Shown piece by piece: positions 1 to 9,899 of a DNA stretch of 64,000 nt. The translations under genes and the position numbers were made by a program. Position 1 is the stretch's first letter. Each line of letters opens with the position of its first letter. The DNA lies in NCBI GenBank assembly GCA_963664405.1, contig OY761158.1, positions 4,224,001-4,288,000 of the forward strand. The letters are read 5' to 3'. The notes beneath the pieces are model-generated. The model was not told the origin of the DNA. It saw nothing but the letters and a program-made list of their open reading frames with translations, and did not search any database. This stretch comes from Thermoanaerobaculia bacterium (GTDB taxonomy: Bacteria; Acidobacteriota; Thermoanaerobaculia; Multivoradales; Multivoraceae).

Positions 1-783
1 GCGGAATTTACCGACAGCCACGGAAACGAGCTTCGTCGCCTGACGCTTGCGCCTGGCGTAAATTGCGTCCGGCACGACGCGATCGTGGCGGTCTCGTCGA
101 AGGCCGACAACGAGGACCTTCCCGTCACGGTGCCGGAAGCGCCCGGTGATCTCCCGGCTTCGTTGCTTCGCTACACCCTTCCCAGCCGATATTGCGACTC
201 CGACAAGCTCACCGACTTCGCCTGGGAGAAATTCGGTCACATCGAACATGGAATACCGCGGGTTCAGGCCATCAGCCTTTGGATTCACGAGAATATCGAG
301 TATCGGTACCTGTCGGGCAGACCTGATCTCTCCGCCTGGGACATCTTGCAGCGCGGCTATGGCGTTTGCCGTGATTTCGCGCATCTCGCCATCGCGCTCA
401 ACCGCACCTTCAACCTCCCCGCGCGCTATGTAACGGGCCATCTACCCGACATCGGCTTCCCCGACCCCGAGAACCACATGGATTTCCACGCCTACGGGGA
501 GGTCTACGTTGGAGGAACATGGTTCACGACCGACGCTCGCTTCCACATCCCGCGCATCGGTCGGCTCAGAATCTCCTGCGGCCTAGATGCTGTGGATGGT
601 GCGTTCTCGACGATCTACGGCGGCGCGACGATGACGTATTTTCAGGTGTGGGCCTACCAGGTGGCACGGGGATCGGTGGGTGTAGGTGACCCGATCGATC
701 TCTCAGCCAGCGTCTTGACAACGAGCGGACGGTACGCTCTGACAAGGCCTGAAGCGGTGTTGCCGAATCATGGCCGGAGTTGA
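1..783 (+). CDS. Transglutaminase-like family protein, 5'-truncated by the window edge; possible frameshift near the 3' end
   Basis: Frame is open from base 1. GVCRDFAHL, DFHAY and TTDAR supply the Cys-His-Asp triad of transglutaminase-like proteins. Confidence 0.85.
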   Translation, partial: AEFTDSHGNELRRLTLAPGVNCVRHDAIVAVSSKADNEDLPVTVPEAPGDLPASLLRYTLPSRYCDSDKLTDFAWEKFGHIEHGIPRVQAISLWIHENIEYRYLSGRPDLSAWDILQRGYGVCRDFAHLAIALNRTFNLPARYVTGHLPDIGFPDPENHMDFHAYGEVYVGGTWFTTDARFHIPRIGRLRISCGLDAVDGAFSTIYGGATMTYFQVWAYQVARGSVGVGDPIDLSASVLTTSGRYALTRPEAVLPNHGRS

Positions 784-2410
784 ATCAGCGCAGTCCGACG
801 TTCACTTCGACGCCGTCGTTGTCGGAGCGGGATTTGCCGGCCTCTACATGCTCTACCGGCTCCGCCAGCAGGGCCTTCGAGTGCGAGTCTTCGAAGCAGG
901 AACGGGAGTGGGAGGTACCTGGTACTGGAATCGCTATCCCGGGGCTCGCTGCGACGTCGAAAGCATGGAGTACTCCTTCGGCTTCGACGAAGAGCTGCAA
1001 CAGGAGTGGGAGTGGAGAGAGCGTTATGCCGGACAGCCCGAGATCTTGCGCTACGCCAACCACGTTGCCGATCGCTTCGAGCTACGCTGTGACATCGAGC
1101 TCGAGACTCGAGTCGAGGCGGCCCACTTCATCGAGAGCAATGGGATTTGGCAGTTGCGTACGACTTCCGAGAACGGCCGGGCGGTGTGGACGGCCCAGTT
1201 CTGCATCATGGCCACCGGTTGTCTGTCGTCCGCAAACACTCCAGACTTCGAGGGCCTTGGCGACTTCAAGGGAGATCTGCTCCACACCGGCCACTGGCCC
1301 AAGGAGGAGCCGGATCTGAGTGATCGCAGAGTCGGGATCATCGGCACCGGCTCCTCAGCGATTCAAGCCATACCCATCCTCGCCGAGCGATGCGGCGAGC
1401 TCTTTGTCTTCCAGCGCACAGCGAATTACAGCATTCCGGCTCGCAATCACCCGCTCGATCCCGAAGAGCAGGCCGCGATCAAGGCGACCTACTCCGAGTT
1501 CCGCGAAGCCAACAAGAGGATGTCGTCGGGCTTTGGTTCGAAACGCCGATTAGGCGATCGTTCGGCGCTCGAGGTGAGCGGCAAGGAGCGCGACGAGGAG
1601 TTCGAACAGCGATGGGAGGAAGGCGGATTCGGTTTCCTCGGCGGTTACACTGATTTCCTGGTCAATGAGGATTCGAACCAGCTGGCCGCGGAGTGGGTTC
1701 GTGGTCGCATCCGCGAGATCGTAAGAGACCCACAGGTCGCGGACCTTCTCTGCCCTGAACAGGTGATCGGTTGTAAGCGCATCTGTCTCGACACCGGATA
1801 CTTCGAGACCTTCAACCGCGACAACGTCCACCTGGTCGATGTGAGCGGTACGGCGATCGAGAGGATCACGCCGAGGGGCGTGGTCGCCGGCGGCCGAGGC
1901 TTCGAGCTCGACACGCTGATACTGGCCACCGGCTTCGATGCCATGACCGGCACACTGCTACGAATCGATGTTCGCGGACGCGGCGGAAGGACTCTGGGGG
2001 AAAAGTGGGAGGAGGGCCCGAAGACCTATCTGGGTCTGGGGATCGAGGGCTTTCCGAATCTCTTCACGATCACCGGCCCCGGCAGTCCCTCCGTGCTCAC
2101 CAATATGATCGTATCGATCGAGCAGCATGTGGAGTGGATCGATGAGTGCATCGGCTTCCTACGCCTCCATGGGCACCAGACCATAGAGGCGACTCGCCAG
2201 GCGGAAGAGGAGTGGGTGGATCACGTCAATGGCCTCGCGGCCCGAACCCTCTACCCGACTTGCAACTCCTGGTACCTCGGCGCCAACATCCCCGGCAAGC
2301 CACGGGTCTTCATGCCGCACATCGGCTTCCCGCCCTACGTGGAGAAGTGCAACGAGGTGGCTTCGAGGGGCTACGAAGGCTTCGAGCTGGGGTCTCCTAG
2401 CTTCGGATAG
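770..2410 (+). CDS. Baeyer-Villiger monooxygenase (cyclohexanone/phenylacetone monooxygenase family)
   Basis: Two Rossmann motifs (GAGFAG, GTGSSA), GGTWYWNRYPGARCD, type I BVMO fingerprint FxGxxxHxxxWP (FKGDLLHTGHWP) and ATGFD. Confidence 0.95.
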   Translation: MAGVESAQSDVHFDAVVVGAGFAGLYMLYRLRQQGLRVRVFEAGTGVGGTWYWNRYPGARCDVESMEYSFGFDEELQQEWEWRERYAGQPEILRYANHVADRFELRCDIELETRVEAAHFIESNGIWQLRTTSENGRAVWTAQFCIMATGCLSSANTPDFEGLGDFKGDLLHTGHWPKEEPDLSDRRVGIIGTGSSAIQAIPILAERCGELFVFQRTANYSIPARNHPLDPEEQAAIKATYSEFREANKRMSSGFGSKRRLGDRSALEVSGKERDEEFEQRWEEGGFGFLGGYTDFLVNEDSNQLAAEWVRGRIREIVRDPQVADLLCPEQVIGCKRICLDTGYFETFNRDNVHLVDVSGTAIERITPRGVVAGGRGFELDTLILATGFDAMTGTLLRIDVRGRGGRTLGEKWEEGPKTYLGLGIEGFPNLFTITGPGSPSVLTNMIVSIEQHVEWIDECIGFLRLHGHQTIEATRQAEEEWVDHVNGLAARTLYPTCNSWYLGANIPGKPRVFMPHIGFPPYVEKCNEVASRGYEGFELGSPSFG

Positions 2411-2433
2411 GCGCTGAGTACGGGCCCCGGCCC

Positions 2434-3315
2434 TCAGTCAGGATTCTCGAGGCGGTAGTAGATTCTTTCGATCGTCAGCGCGCTCACACCTACGTTCTTG
2501 ATGGGGATCCCGGTGTGGTTGGTCAGGTCGAGGGTCTTCAGATTCTCCAGAGTCTGGGGCCACTCATCGACGAATCCGTCACCCAGGAATGACGGACCAC
2601 CCAAGGCCATGTCGCCGGTGAAGACCAGCTTGTCCTGGGGAAAATAGACGGCAACGTCGCCCCCGGTGTGGGCTCGCCCGAGGAAGATGATCTGAATCTC
2701 TCGCCCCGCTCGATAGAGCGTCAACCGATCGCTGAGGGTCACGGAGGGGGGTAGTGGATCGATCTCATCGAAGTCCTTGACGTGCGCCGAGAACATCGCG
2801 AGATAGGTCTCGAGCTCTTCACGCTCCGACGCGTCCTCCGCTGAGGCGATCTGCTGCTTCACGCGATCCAGTGTCCTGGCGTTACCTGCGAGACCGCTCC
2901 GATAGGTGGGCTCGTCGAGTGATCCGGTAGCCAGCCTCAGATAGGTGAACTCATGTCCGATGATCGGGACGTCGGCAAACTCCTGATTCCCGTGGGCATG
3001 GTCCCAATGGTGATGAGAGTTGATGAGAGCGCTGACGGGCTTTGTAGTGATCGCTTTGATCGACTCGATGAGCTGCCTGGCCTTCGCTGGAGTTACATGC
3101 GAGTCCACCACCACGACATCGTCGTCATTGACGACGACAAGCGAGTTGCTGTTGAACACCTGCGCCGTCGTCTGGGCGAGGTAAATCCCGTTCCTGACTT
3201 CACTGAAGCGGTGGGTCTCGGTGGTGATCGGATCCGCCGCGTGGAGTGGCCCGGCGGTCAAACACAGGGCGAATCCCAGCTTTGCGGCGCGGAATCTCAA
3301 CTGGTCTCGAGTCAT
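2434..3315 (-). CDS. Secreted MBL-fold metallo-hydrolase, possibly with an internal deletion
   Basis: N-terminal signal-like segment; SHHHWDH (HxHxDH), AHTGGD and TGD motifs; the final PGHG motif is absent. Confidence 0.8.
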   Translation of the reverse strand: MTRDQLRFRAAKLGFALCLTAGPLHAADPITTETHRFSEVRNGIYLAQTTAQVFNSNSLVVVNDDDVVVVDSHVTPAKARQLIESIKAITTKPVSALINSHHHWDHAHGNQEFADVPIIGHEFTYLRLATGSLDEPTYRSGLAGNARTLDRVKQQIASAEDASEREELETYLAMFSAHVKDFDEIDPLPPSVTLSDRLTLYRAGREIQIIFLGRAHTGGDVAVYFPQDKLVFTGDMALGGPSFLGDGFVDEWPQTLENLKTLDLTNHTGIPIKNVGVSALTIERIYYRLENPD

Positions 3316-3410
3316 CGAGTGTCTTCTCCTTGAAGTGGGGGTCAGGGACTCGCGAGAGTGTACTCTTAGATCTCGGGCGAGTCCGGCAGACCGACGAGGA
3401 GTGGTGGCAA

Positions 3411-4730
3411 GTGTTCGAGAGCCTTCAGCAGAGATTCGATGGGGTTTTTCGGGGCCTTCGCTCCCAGGGCCGAGTTAGTGAGGAGCATGTCCAGGCGGCG
3501 ATGCGGGAGATCCGACTCGCGCTCCTCGAAGCGGACGTCAATTTCAAAGTCGTTCGCTCGTTCGTCGAGCGCATTCGGGAGCAGGCTCTCGGAGCCGAGG
3601 TCCTCGGCAGCCTGACCGCCGACCAGCAGGTTCTCCGCATCGTTCGTGACGAGCTCTGCGCCCTTTTGGGAGAGAGCGGGGGGGAGCTCCGCCTCGAGGG
3701 AGGGCCAGCAGTCGTATTGCTTTGTGGGTTACAGGGCTCGGGTAAGACGACGACTGCGGGCAAGCTCGCCCTGCGCCTTCGTGGCCGCGGTCGCAGTCCC
3801 TTGCTGGTGGCTGCCGACCTGCAGCGCGCCGCCGCGGTCGAGCAGCTGGTGCAGGTTGGCGATGCGATCGGTGTGCCGGTACTTCGTCCCCAGGCGGGCG
3901 AGGATGTTGCGTCGCTGGCGCGGCGAGTGCTCATAGAGGCGCCGCGCGGAGGTCACGACGTTGCCATCATCGATACCGCTGGGCGTCTTCATATCGACGA
4001 GGAGCTGATGACTGAGCTCGGCGCAGTGGTTGCTGCGACACGGCCCGCCGAAACGCTACTCGTAGCCGACGCCATGACGGGTCAAGACGCGGTGCGCAGC
4101 GCCGGCGACTTTGCCGCCGCGATCTCGCTGAGTGGAGTCATCTTGACCAAGCTCGACGGTGACGCGCGAGGGGGCGCCGCACTCTCCGTGCGTAGCGTGA
4201 CCGGAGTGCCGATTCGCTACGTCGGGGTCGGAGAGCGGTCCGAGGAGCTCGAGGTCTTCGAGCCTGAGCGAATGGCGTCGCGCATCCTCGGCATGGGCGA
4301 CGTGCTTTCGCTCTTGGAAAAGGCGGAGAGCGCCCTCGACGGAGCGGAGACTGAACGCCTCGCCAAGCGGATCGCTCGCCGCGAGTTCACTCTGGATGAT
4401 CTCTTGGATCAGCTTCGCCAACTGCGCCGCATGGGTCCGCTCTCCCAGCTAGTGGATCTGCTACCGCGCCGGGGGCCTCTGCGCGGCGTCGACACCGGCG
4501 ATATGGACGAGTCTCGGCTGACCCAGATCCAGGCCATCATCTCCTCCATGACTCCGAAGGAGCGAGCCCGTCCCCAGCTCTTGAACGCGAGCCGGAAGCG
4601 AAGGGTCGCGCGCGGTTCCGGGACCCGGGTTCAGGATGTGAACCAGCTGTTGAAGCAGTATCGTGAGATGCGGCGGATGATGAAGCGAATGAAGGGCAAT
4701 TGGCTCAGTCAGGCGATGGGTGGCCGCTAG
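3411..4730 (+). CDS. ffh: Signal recognition particle protein Ffh (SRP54)
   Basis: GTG start giving MFESL; GLQGSGKTT, DTAGR, TKLDGDARGGAA; M-domain SMTPKER and RVARGSG. Confidence 0.97.
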   Translation: MFESLQQRFDGVFRGLRSQGRVSEEHVQAAMREIRLALLEADVNFKVVRSFVERIREQALGAEVLGSLTADQQVLRIVRDELCALLGESGGELRLEGGPAVVLLCGLQGSGKTTTAGKLALRLRGRGRSPLLVAADLQRAAAVEQLVQVGDAIGVPVLRPQAGEDVASLARRVLIEAPRGGHDVAIIDTAGRLHIDEELMTELGAVVAATRPAETLLVADAMTGQDAVRSAGDFAAAISLSGVILTKLDGDARGGAALSVRSVTGVPIRYVGVGERSEELEVFEPERMASRILGMGDVLSLLEKAESALDGAETERLAKRIARREFTLDDLLDQLRQLRRMGPLSQLVDLLPRRGPLRGVDTGDMDESRLTQIQAIISSMTPKERARPQLLNASRKRRVARGSGTRVQDVNQLLKQYREMRRMMKRMKGNWLSQAMGGR

Positions 4731-4816
4731 ATGTACTTGGTGCGAGTTTCTGGTAGAGTCGCCAGCCCTCGCGACCTCTGTAGAGTGCCGCGTTCCAAGT
4801 TCAGGAGGTTAGACGC

Positions 4817-5077
4817 ATGGTCAGGATTCGGCTGCGCCGGATGGGTTCTCGCAACCGGCCGTTTTACAGAGTGGTGGTTTCGGATTCTCGTCGGGTGCCC
4901 ACCTCGCCGGCACTCGAAGAGATCGGCTATTACGACCCTTTGAAAAAGCCCGCGGTGGTGAAGATCGACCGGGAGAAGGTCGATTACTGGGTGAAGCGCG
5001 GAGCAAGGCCCTCTGCGACGGTGATGAAGCTCTTGCGCCAGACTGCGGTCGACGAGCCCGTCGAGGCGGCTTCTTAA
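4817..5077 (+). CDS. rpsP: 30S ribosomal protein S16
   Basis: MVRIRLRRMG, PFYRVVV, IGYYDP, GARPS; conserved operon position. Confidence 0.97.
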   Translation: MVRIRLRRMGSRNRPFYRVVVSDSRRVPTSPALEEIGYYDPLKKPAVVKIDREKVDYWVKRGARPSATVMKLLRQTAVDEPVEAAS

Positions 5078-5081
5078 AACC

Positions 5082-5324
5082 ATGAGCGAGCTGGAGCAGG
5101 AGCTTAGCGAGGTCGTGATGCTCCTGGTTGACGAGCCCGACCTGGTCGAGGTGGAAGAGTGCGACTTTGACGATGGCATTCACTATGAGGTCCGAGTTGC
5201 AAACGAGGATCTCGGCAAGGTCATCGGCCGCCAGGGACGCACGGTCCGCGCGCTGCGTAATCTTCTCGAGGCCCGAGCCGAGAAGGATGACACCCGCTAC
5301 TGGATCGATATTCTCGAAGATTGA
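5082..5324 (+). CDS. khpA: KH-domain RNA-binding protein KhpA
   Basis: DLGKVIGRQGRT GxxG loop; lies between rpsP and rimM. Confidence 0.92.
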   Translation: MSELEQELSEVVMLLVDEPDLVEVEECDFDDGIHYEVRVANEDLGKVIGRQGRTVRALRNLLEARAEKDDTRYWIDILED

Positions 5325-5328
5325 TTCA

Positions 5329-5862
5329 ATGTCCAAGGGGCTGCCGGAAACGGTTCTTGTCGGCAGGATCCTTCGGGCACACGGCCTTCGGGGCGACGCC
5401 GTTGTCGACGTCCTCAGCGATGTTCGAGAGCGCTTCGCCGCGGGTAGCAAGGTGTTGTTGCTTCGGCCGGAGAGAGCCGTATCGCTCGAAATCATCAGCT
5501 GCCGCCCTTTCAAGGATGTCTTTCTGGTTCGCTTCGAGGGCTGTAGCGATCGGACCGCGGTAGAGGAGATGCACGGTCTCGAGCTTGCGGTGCCGCTCTC
5601 GGAGGTGCCGCAGGCGCCCGATGGCTCTTTCTATTACTTCGAGCTCATCGGCTGCGAGTGCCGCGACAAAACGGCGGGCGAGCTCGGAGAGGTTGTCCGC
5701 GTCCTGGAGGACGGTGGGGGACTCCTTCTCGAAGTGAAGAACGGGGATCACAAGACCCTCGTTCCCTTTGTTCAATCCTTCATCCGCGACATCGACATCG
5801 CCGAGGCCGTCATCGATGTGGATCTGCCTCCTGGACTTGTCGAGATATGCGTATCGACGTGA
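5329..5862 (+). CDS. rimM: Ribosome maturation factor RimM
   Basis: VGRILRAHGLRG, FYYFELIG, LVPFV, IDVDLPPGL. Confidence 0.95.
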   Translation: MSKGLPETVLVGRILRAHGLRGDAVVDVLSDVRERFAAGSKVLLLRPERAVSLEIISCRPFKDVFLVRFEGCSDRTAVEEMHGLELAVPLSEVPQAPDGSFYYFELIGCECRDKTAGELGEVVRVLEDGGGLLLEVKNGDHKTLVPFVQSFIRDIDIAEAVIDVDLPPGLVEICVST

Positions 5863-6575
5863 TCACGATCTTTCCGGAGCTCTTTCGCCCCTTCTTGCGA
5901 ACCAGCCTGGTCGGGCGGGCCGCGGAAGCCGGGATCATCAATGTCGATATCTGCGATCTTCGCGAGTTCAGCGACGACCCCCATCACTGCGTCGATGATG
6001 AGCCTTATGGTGGCGGCGGCGGAATGGTGATGACAGCGCCTCCGTGGATTGCGGCGGTGCGCTCCCGGAGTGAGGGCCACACCCCCTGGCGTGTCCTTCT
6101 CACTCCCCAAGGTCTCCCTCTGAACGACGCCAAGGTCGAGGAGTTGGCGGCGCGGCCCCATCTGCTCTTTTTATGCGGGCGCTACGAGGGCATAGATGAA
6201 CGAGTCGCTTCCTTCGTCGTCGATGAAGAGCTTTCGATCGGCGACTACGTGCTGGCAGGCGGGGAGCTTGCGGCGATGGTGACGATCGAGGCGGTTTCGC
6301 GCTATCTTCCAGGGGTCGTGGGCCGGCCGGAGTCGGTCGAGCGCGACAGTTTTCGCGGTGGCCTTCTAGACCACCCCCACTACACCCGTCCGCGGGAGGT
6401 GGAGGGTATCGAGGTGCCGGAGGTGTTGGTTTCGGGAGACCATCGGGCCATCGATGCCTGGCGCCAGGAGCAGGCAATTCGTGCGACGAGGAGCCGACGA
6501 CCCGATCTTCTCCGTTCACCAAGGCAAGGAAAGATCGGAGCTGCAGGTTGCAACTCCGGTGACGAAGAAGGATAA
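5847..6575 (+). CDS. trmD: tRNA (guanine37-N1)-methyltransferase
   Basis: MRIDVITIFPE, VDDEPYGGGGGMV, LCGRYEGIDER, SIGDYVLAGGE, YTRP. Confidence 0.97.
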   Translation: MRIDVITIFPELFRPFLRTSLVGRAAEAGIINVDICDLREFSDDPHHCVDDEPYGGGGGMVMTAPPWIAAVRSRSEGHTPWRVLLTPQGLPLNDAKVEELAARPHLLFLCGRYEGIDERVASFVVDEELSIGDYVLAGGELAAMVTIEAVSRYLPGVVGRPESVERDSFRGGLLDHPHYTRPREVEGIEVPEVLVSGDHRAIDAWRQEQAIRATRSRRPDLLRSPRQGKIGAAGCNSGDEEG

Positions 6576-6655
6576 TAGCGCCGTAGCTATAAGGTAAGCA
6601 CTTAGCCCACAGTGGGTTACAACAACAGCCAGAGATCCGGAGAGCAGGTTCCTAA

Positions 6656-7027
6656 ATGAGAGAGTTGCAGCAGGTTGAGTTAGGTTATTTGAGATCGGAT
6701 ATCCCAGAGTTCCGTGCGGGTGACACTGTGCGGGTCCATGTCAAGGTCCGAGAAGGAGAGAAAGAGAGGATCCAGCTGTTTCAGGGCGCAGTTCTCGCTC
6801 GCCGCGGCGGGGGTACTCGGGAGTCCTTCACGGTCAGGAAGATGTCGGGGAGTGTGGCGGTAGAGCGTATCTTTCCGCTGCATTCGCCGTCCATCGCCAA
6901 GATAGAGGTTACGAGGCGGGGGAAAGTGCGTCGAGCTAAACTGTACTATCTTCGAGGCTTGCGCGGTAAAGCCGCACGCATCGAGGAGCGCAGGGATGAT
7001 CGTCCGAGCTCTCCGAGCCGGGGATAG
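6656..7027 (+). CDS. rplS: 50S ribosomal protein L19
   Basis: [34 protein letters not shown]. Confidence 0.98.
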   Translation: MRELQQVELGYLRSDIPEFRAGDTVRVHVKVREGEKERIQLFQGAVLARRGGGTRESFTVRKMSGSVAVERIFPLHSPSIAKIEVTRRGKVRRAKLYYLRGLRGKAARIEERRDDRPSSPSRG

Positions 7028-7059
7028 CAAAAAGCCTTGGCTCGAGTGTACGAGCAGCC

Positions 7060-7722
7060 ATGCAGCCGCTTTTTGCCGAAGCCTTTCGACTCCACCTTAT
7101 GCGGGGGCTGGAAGAGGAGCTTTGGCGAGCCGGCTACCAACGAATCGCGGGGGTGGACGAAGTGGGAAGAGGCTGTCTGGCGGGTCCGGTCGTCGCCGCC
7201 GCGGTGGTCGTCGACCCGGATCGCTTGGTTCCTGGAGTGGACGATAGCAAGCGCCTTGGAGCCGAGCACAGAGAAAAGGTGGCTGAGGCGATCAGGAGCA
7301 GCTGCTTAGCATGGGGAGTCGAGAGCGTGCCGGCCCAAGTCATCGATCGCAGCGACATTCTTCAAGCGACGCGGAGAGCGATGCTGGGGGCGCTCGAAAG
7401 ACTGGCTCCGGCTCCCGATTCGGCGGTCATCGATGCGGTTGCTCTAAAGGGGCTGCCATTTCCTTCGCTAGCTCTCGTAAGGGGCGATGCGGTCTCCTAC
7501 TCGGTCGCCTGTGCGTCGATCGTTGCGAAAGTCGAGCGTGATCGAATGATGCGGGAGTGGGACGCCGAGTACCCCCAATACGGATTTGCAAAGCACAAGG
7601 GGTATGGAGCCGAGAGCCATCGAGATGCATTGGCAACCTATGGACCCAGTCCGATTCATCGCCTGACCTTCCGCTCGGTGTTGCCCCGGGCCATTGAAGG
7701 CGCGGCAAGGGAGGTTTGCTGA
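7060..7722 (+). CDS. rnhB: Ribonuclease HII
   Basis: AGVDEVGRGCLAGPV, DSKRL, ASIVAKVERD, HKGYG, IHRLTF. Confidence 0.96.
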   Translation: MQPLFAEAFRLHLMRGLEEELWRAGYQRIAGVDEVGRGCLAGPVVAAAVVVDPDRLVPGVDDSKRLGAEHREKVAEAIRSSCLAWGVESVPAQVIDRSDILQATRRAMLGALERLAPAPDSAVIDAVALKGLPFPSLALVRGDAVSYSVACASIVAKVERDRMMREWDAEYPQYGFAKHKGYGAESHRDALATYGPSPIHRLTFRSVLPRAIEGAAREVC

Positions 7723-9770
7723 TGTTCGGGTGGTTTCGGCGAGAGCCTTCGGCGAGAACGGCCGAGAAGCTGGTCGCACGGGGCAAGATCGACGCGGCGA
7801 TACGCCAGTACAGGAGATTGCTAGACGACAACCCCGAAGACACGGGAACTCTGAATCGGGTTGGCGACCTCTATTCGCGGGTGAGCAAATTCAGCGAGGC
7901 GACCGAGCTCTATCGGCAGACAGCCGAACGCTTCGTCGACGAAGGCTTTTACGTCAAGGCGATCGCTGTTTACAAGAAGATCCATCGCCTCGATGCGACG
8001 CAGTACGATGTCCACGAGAAGCTCGCCGAGCTTTACACCCTACAGGGCCTGCTTACCGACGCGCGCACACAGTACGAGGAACTGGCGAAGTACCACGAGA
8101 GTCAGGGAGACCTGGACTCCAGCATTGCGGTCTGCCGCAAAGTCGTAGAGCTCGAGCCCCAGGATCCGAGTCATCGCATCCGGCTGGCGGAGCTCTACCA
8201 GAAGAGTGGCGATCTCGAGGCAGTTCTAAAGGAGTACCTTCAGATTGCCTGGGTGATGCTCGAGCACGGACGGTTGGAGCAGGCGGTTCAGGTGTTGGAG
8301 CGTGCCTTGGCGGTCGAGCCTGGCGATATCGACTTCATCGCTGATACCGTCCGCATGCTGCGCCGGAGAGGCCACACCCAGATCGCGGAAGAGCTGGTTT
8401 CCGAAGCGGAGAAGCTGAATAGGGAGCGCGATCGAGACGATCTCGTAGCCGAGATCAGGGCTCGCTATGAGGAGCTCAAAAAAGAGGTGAGCGCGCCTGC
8501 TGAGCCTGTTGGGGACGACTTCCCCGAGGTCGGAGTGCCCTCGATACCGGACGAGGATGCCGCCGTCGGAGGAGAGGAAGAGATCCTCGATTTCGATGAG
8601 ACGGATCTGACGCCGGATGAGGTCAGTGTTCCTCTACGACGGCTAGTCGAGGAGGGCCCTGAGGGGAGCGCCGTCCGCGGCACAACGGACGCAGAGCGAG
8701 CCGCCGCGCACCCAGGGCCGCAGGACCTTCTGGCAGAGGTCGAGGTGTTCATCAAGTACGGCTTTCGCGAAAAGGCTCTCGAACGATTGGGAGAGGTCTT
8801 GCGAATTCTGCCGGACAATACCTCCGCCTATAAGAAGCTGGTCTTTCTCCTTCTGGAGGACGGATCGAATCGCGCGGCCCTGGAGGCGGGCAACAAGATG
8901 GCGGAAGCTGCAGCCACGAGCGGCGACCGAGAGGACTGGGAGGAAGTAAAGACGCGGCTTCTGGAAGTGGGCTTCCTTATTCAGGGAGATGAGGTCAAAG
9001 CTCCTCCGGCGATCGCGAGCGCCGGCGATGAGGAGTTCGAGCTCCTGGAAGAAGATGGCGCCGACTTACACTCGGTGATCGAGGCCGCGGGCAAGGCGTC
9101 ATCTGCGAGAGAAGAAATTTTCGTGTTGGACCCGGACGAGATCGCGGCGTCCGAGGAGTTGGGTGTCGAGATCGATCCTGTCGTCGAGGTGGGGAAGGTT
9201 GCCAGTGAGGAGGCGACCGACTCGGAAGTGGCCGAAGAGCAGGTTGAGTTTGTTGTCGTGGACGACGAGTTCGCCGATCTCGCCGCCGAGGTCGAACGGG
9301 AGATCGAAGAAGCTGCCGGGGCGCCGGTTGGAGAGGGTGGGGACGCTCCCTCTTTGGAGGAGATCGTCGAGAGCTTCAAGCAGGGAGTGGCCGAGAATCT
9401 CTCTGCCGAAGACTTCGACACCCATTACAATCTTGGCATCGCTTACAGAGAGATGGGGCTTATCGACGAGGCCGTAAACGAGTTCGAGATCGCTGCCGAA
9501 AGCCCGGAGTACTTCATTGGTTGCTGCTCATTGTTGGGTCTCTGCATGCGCGAAAAGGGTGACGCCGAAGGCGAGATGGGTTGGTATCGGAAGGGGCTCG
9601 ACAAGAGCGATCTGGTCGAGAGCGAGAGGTTGGCCCTGCTTTACGAGCTCGGCGAGGCCTACGAGAGCTCCGGCAATCTCGACGCCGCTCTAGAGACCTT
9701 CACCGATGTCTCGGGCGCCGACAGCAGCTACCGAGACGTAGAGGCTCGGGTCGCGGCGCTTCAGAGCTAG
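7722..9770 (+). CDS. Tetratricopeptide-repeat protein with long acidic linker and C-terminal TPR module
   Basis: N-terminal TPR-like helices, Glu/Asp-rich middle, C-terminal DTHYNLGIAYREMGL...LYELG; TGATG coupling to rnhB. Confidence 0.85.
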   Translation: MFGWFRREPSARTAEKLVARGKIDAAIRQYRRLLDDNPEDTGTLNRVGDLYSRVSKFSEATELYRQTAERFVDEGFYVKAIAVYKKIHRLDATQYDVHEKLAELYTLQGLLTDARTQYEELAKYHESQGDLDSSIAVCRKVVELEPQDPSHRIRLAELYQKSGDLEAVLKEYLQIAWVMLEHGRLEQAVQVLERALAVEPGDIDFIADTVRMLRRRGHTQIAEELVSEAEKLNRERDRDDLVAEIRARYEELKKEVSAPAEPVGDDFPEVGVPSIPDEDAAVGGEEEILDFDETDLTPDEVSVPLRRLVEEGPEGSAVRGTTDAERAAAHPGPQDLLAEVEVFIKYGFREKALERLGEVLRILPDNTSAYKKLVFLLLEDGSNRAALEAGNKMAEAAATSGDREDWEEVKTRLLEVGFLIQGDEVKAPPAIASAGDEEFELLEEDGADLHSVIEAAGKASSAREEIFVLDPDEIAASEELGVEIDPVVEVGKVASEEATDSEVAEEQVEFVVVDDEFADLAAEVEREIEEAAGAPVGEGGDAPSLEEIVESFKQGVAENLSAEDFDTHYNLGIAYREMGLIDEAVNEFEIAAESPEYFIGCCSLLGLCMREKGDAEGEMGWYRKGLDKSDLVESERLALLYELGEAYESSGNLDAALETFTDVSGADSSYRDVEARVAALQS

Positions 9771-9899
9771 ACGAGCTCGAGATCGGGGCCTCGCTTCGGC
9801 GTTCGTTGTTGCTGGGGCCGGCCGCATCCGGGGGTCTTGGGCGCCGGGGTGCTTCGCCCTCCCGATAGACCTCGCATCCTTCCCATACAATCGAAGGCA

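Noticed and set aside
3246-3410. N-terminal extensions given by the ORF track for ffh, and likewise rimM, trmD, dsbD, the thioredoxin, the aminotransferases and the 2Fe-2S subunit
   Set aside because: Recognisable family sequence and RBS or -10 signals begin at downstream codons, and the extensions mostly overlap neighbouring genes.
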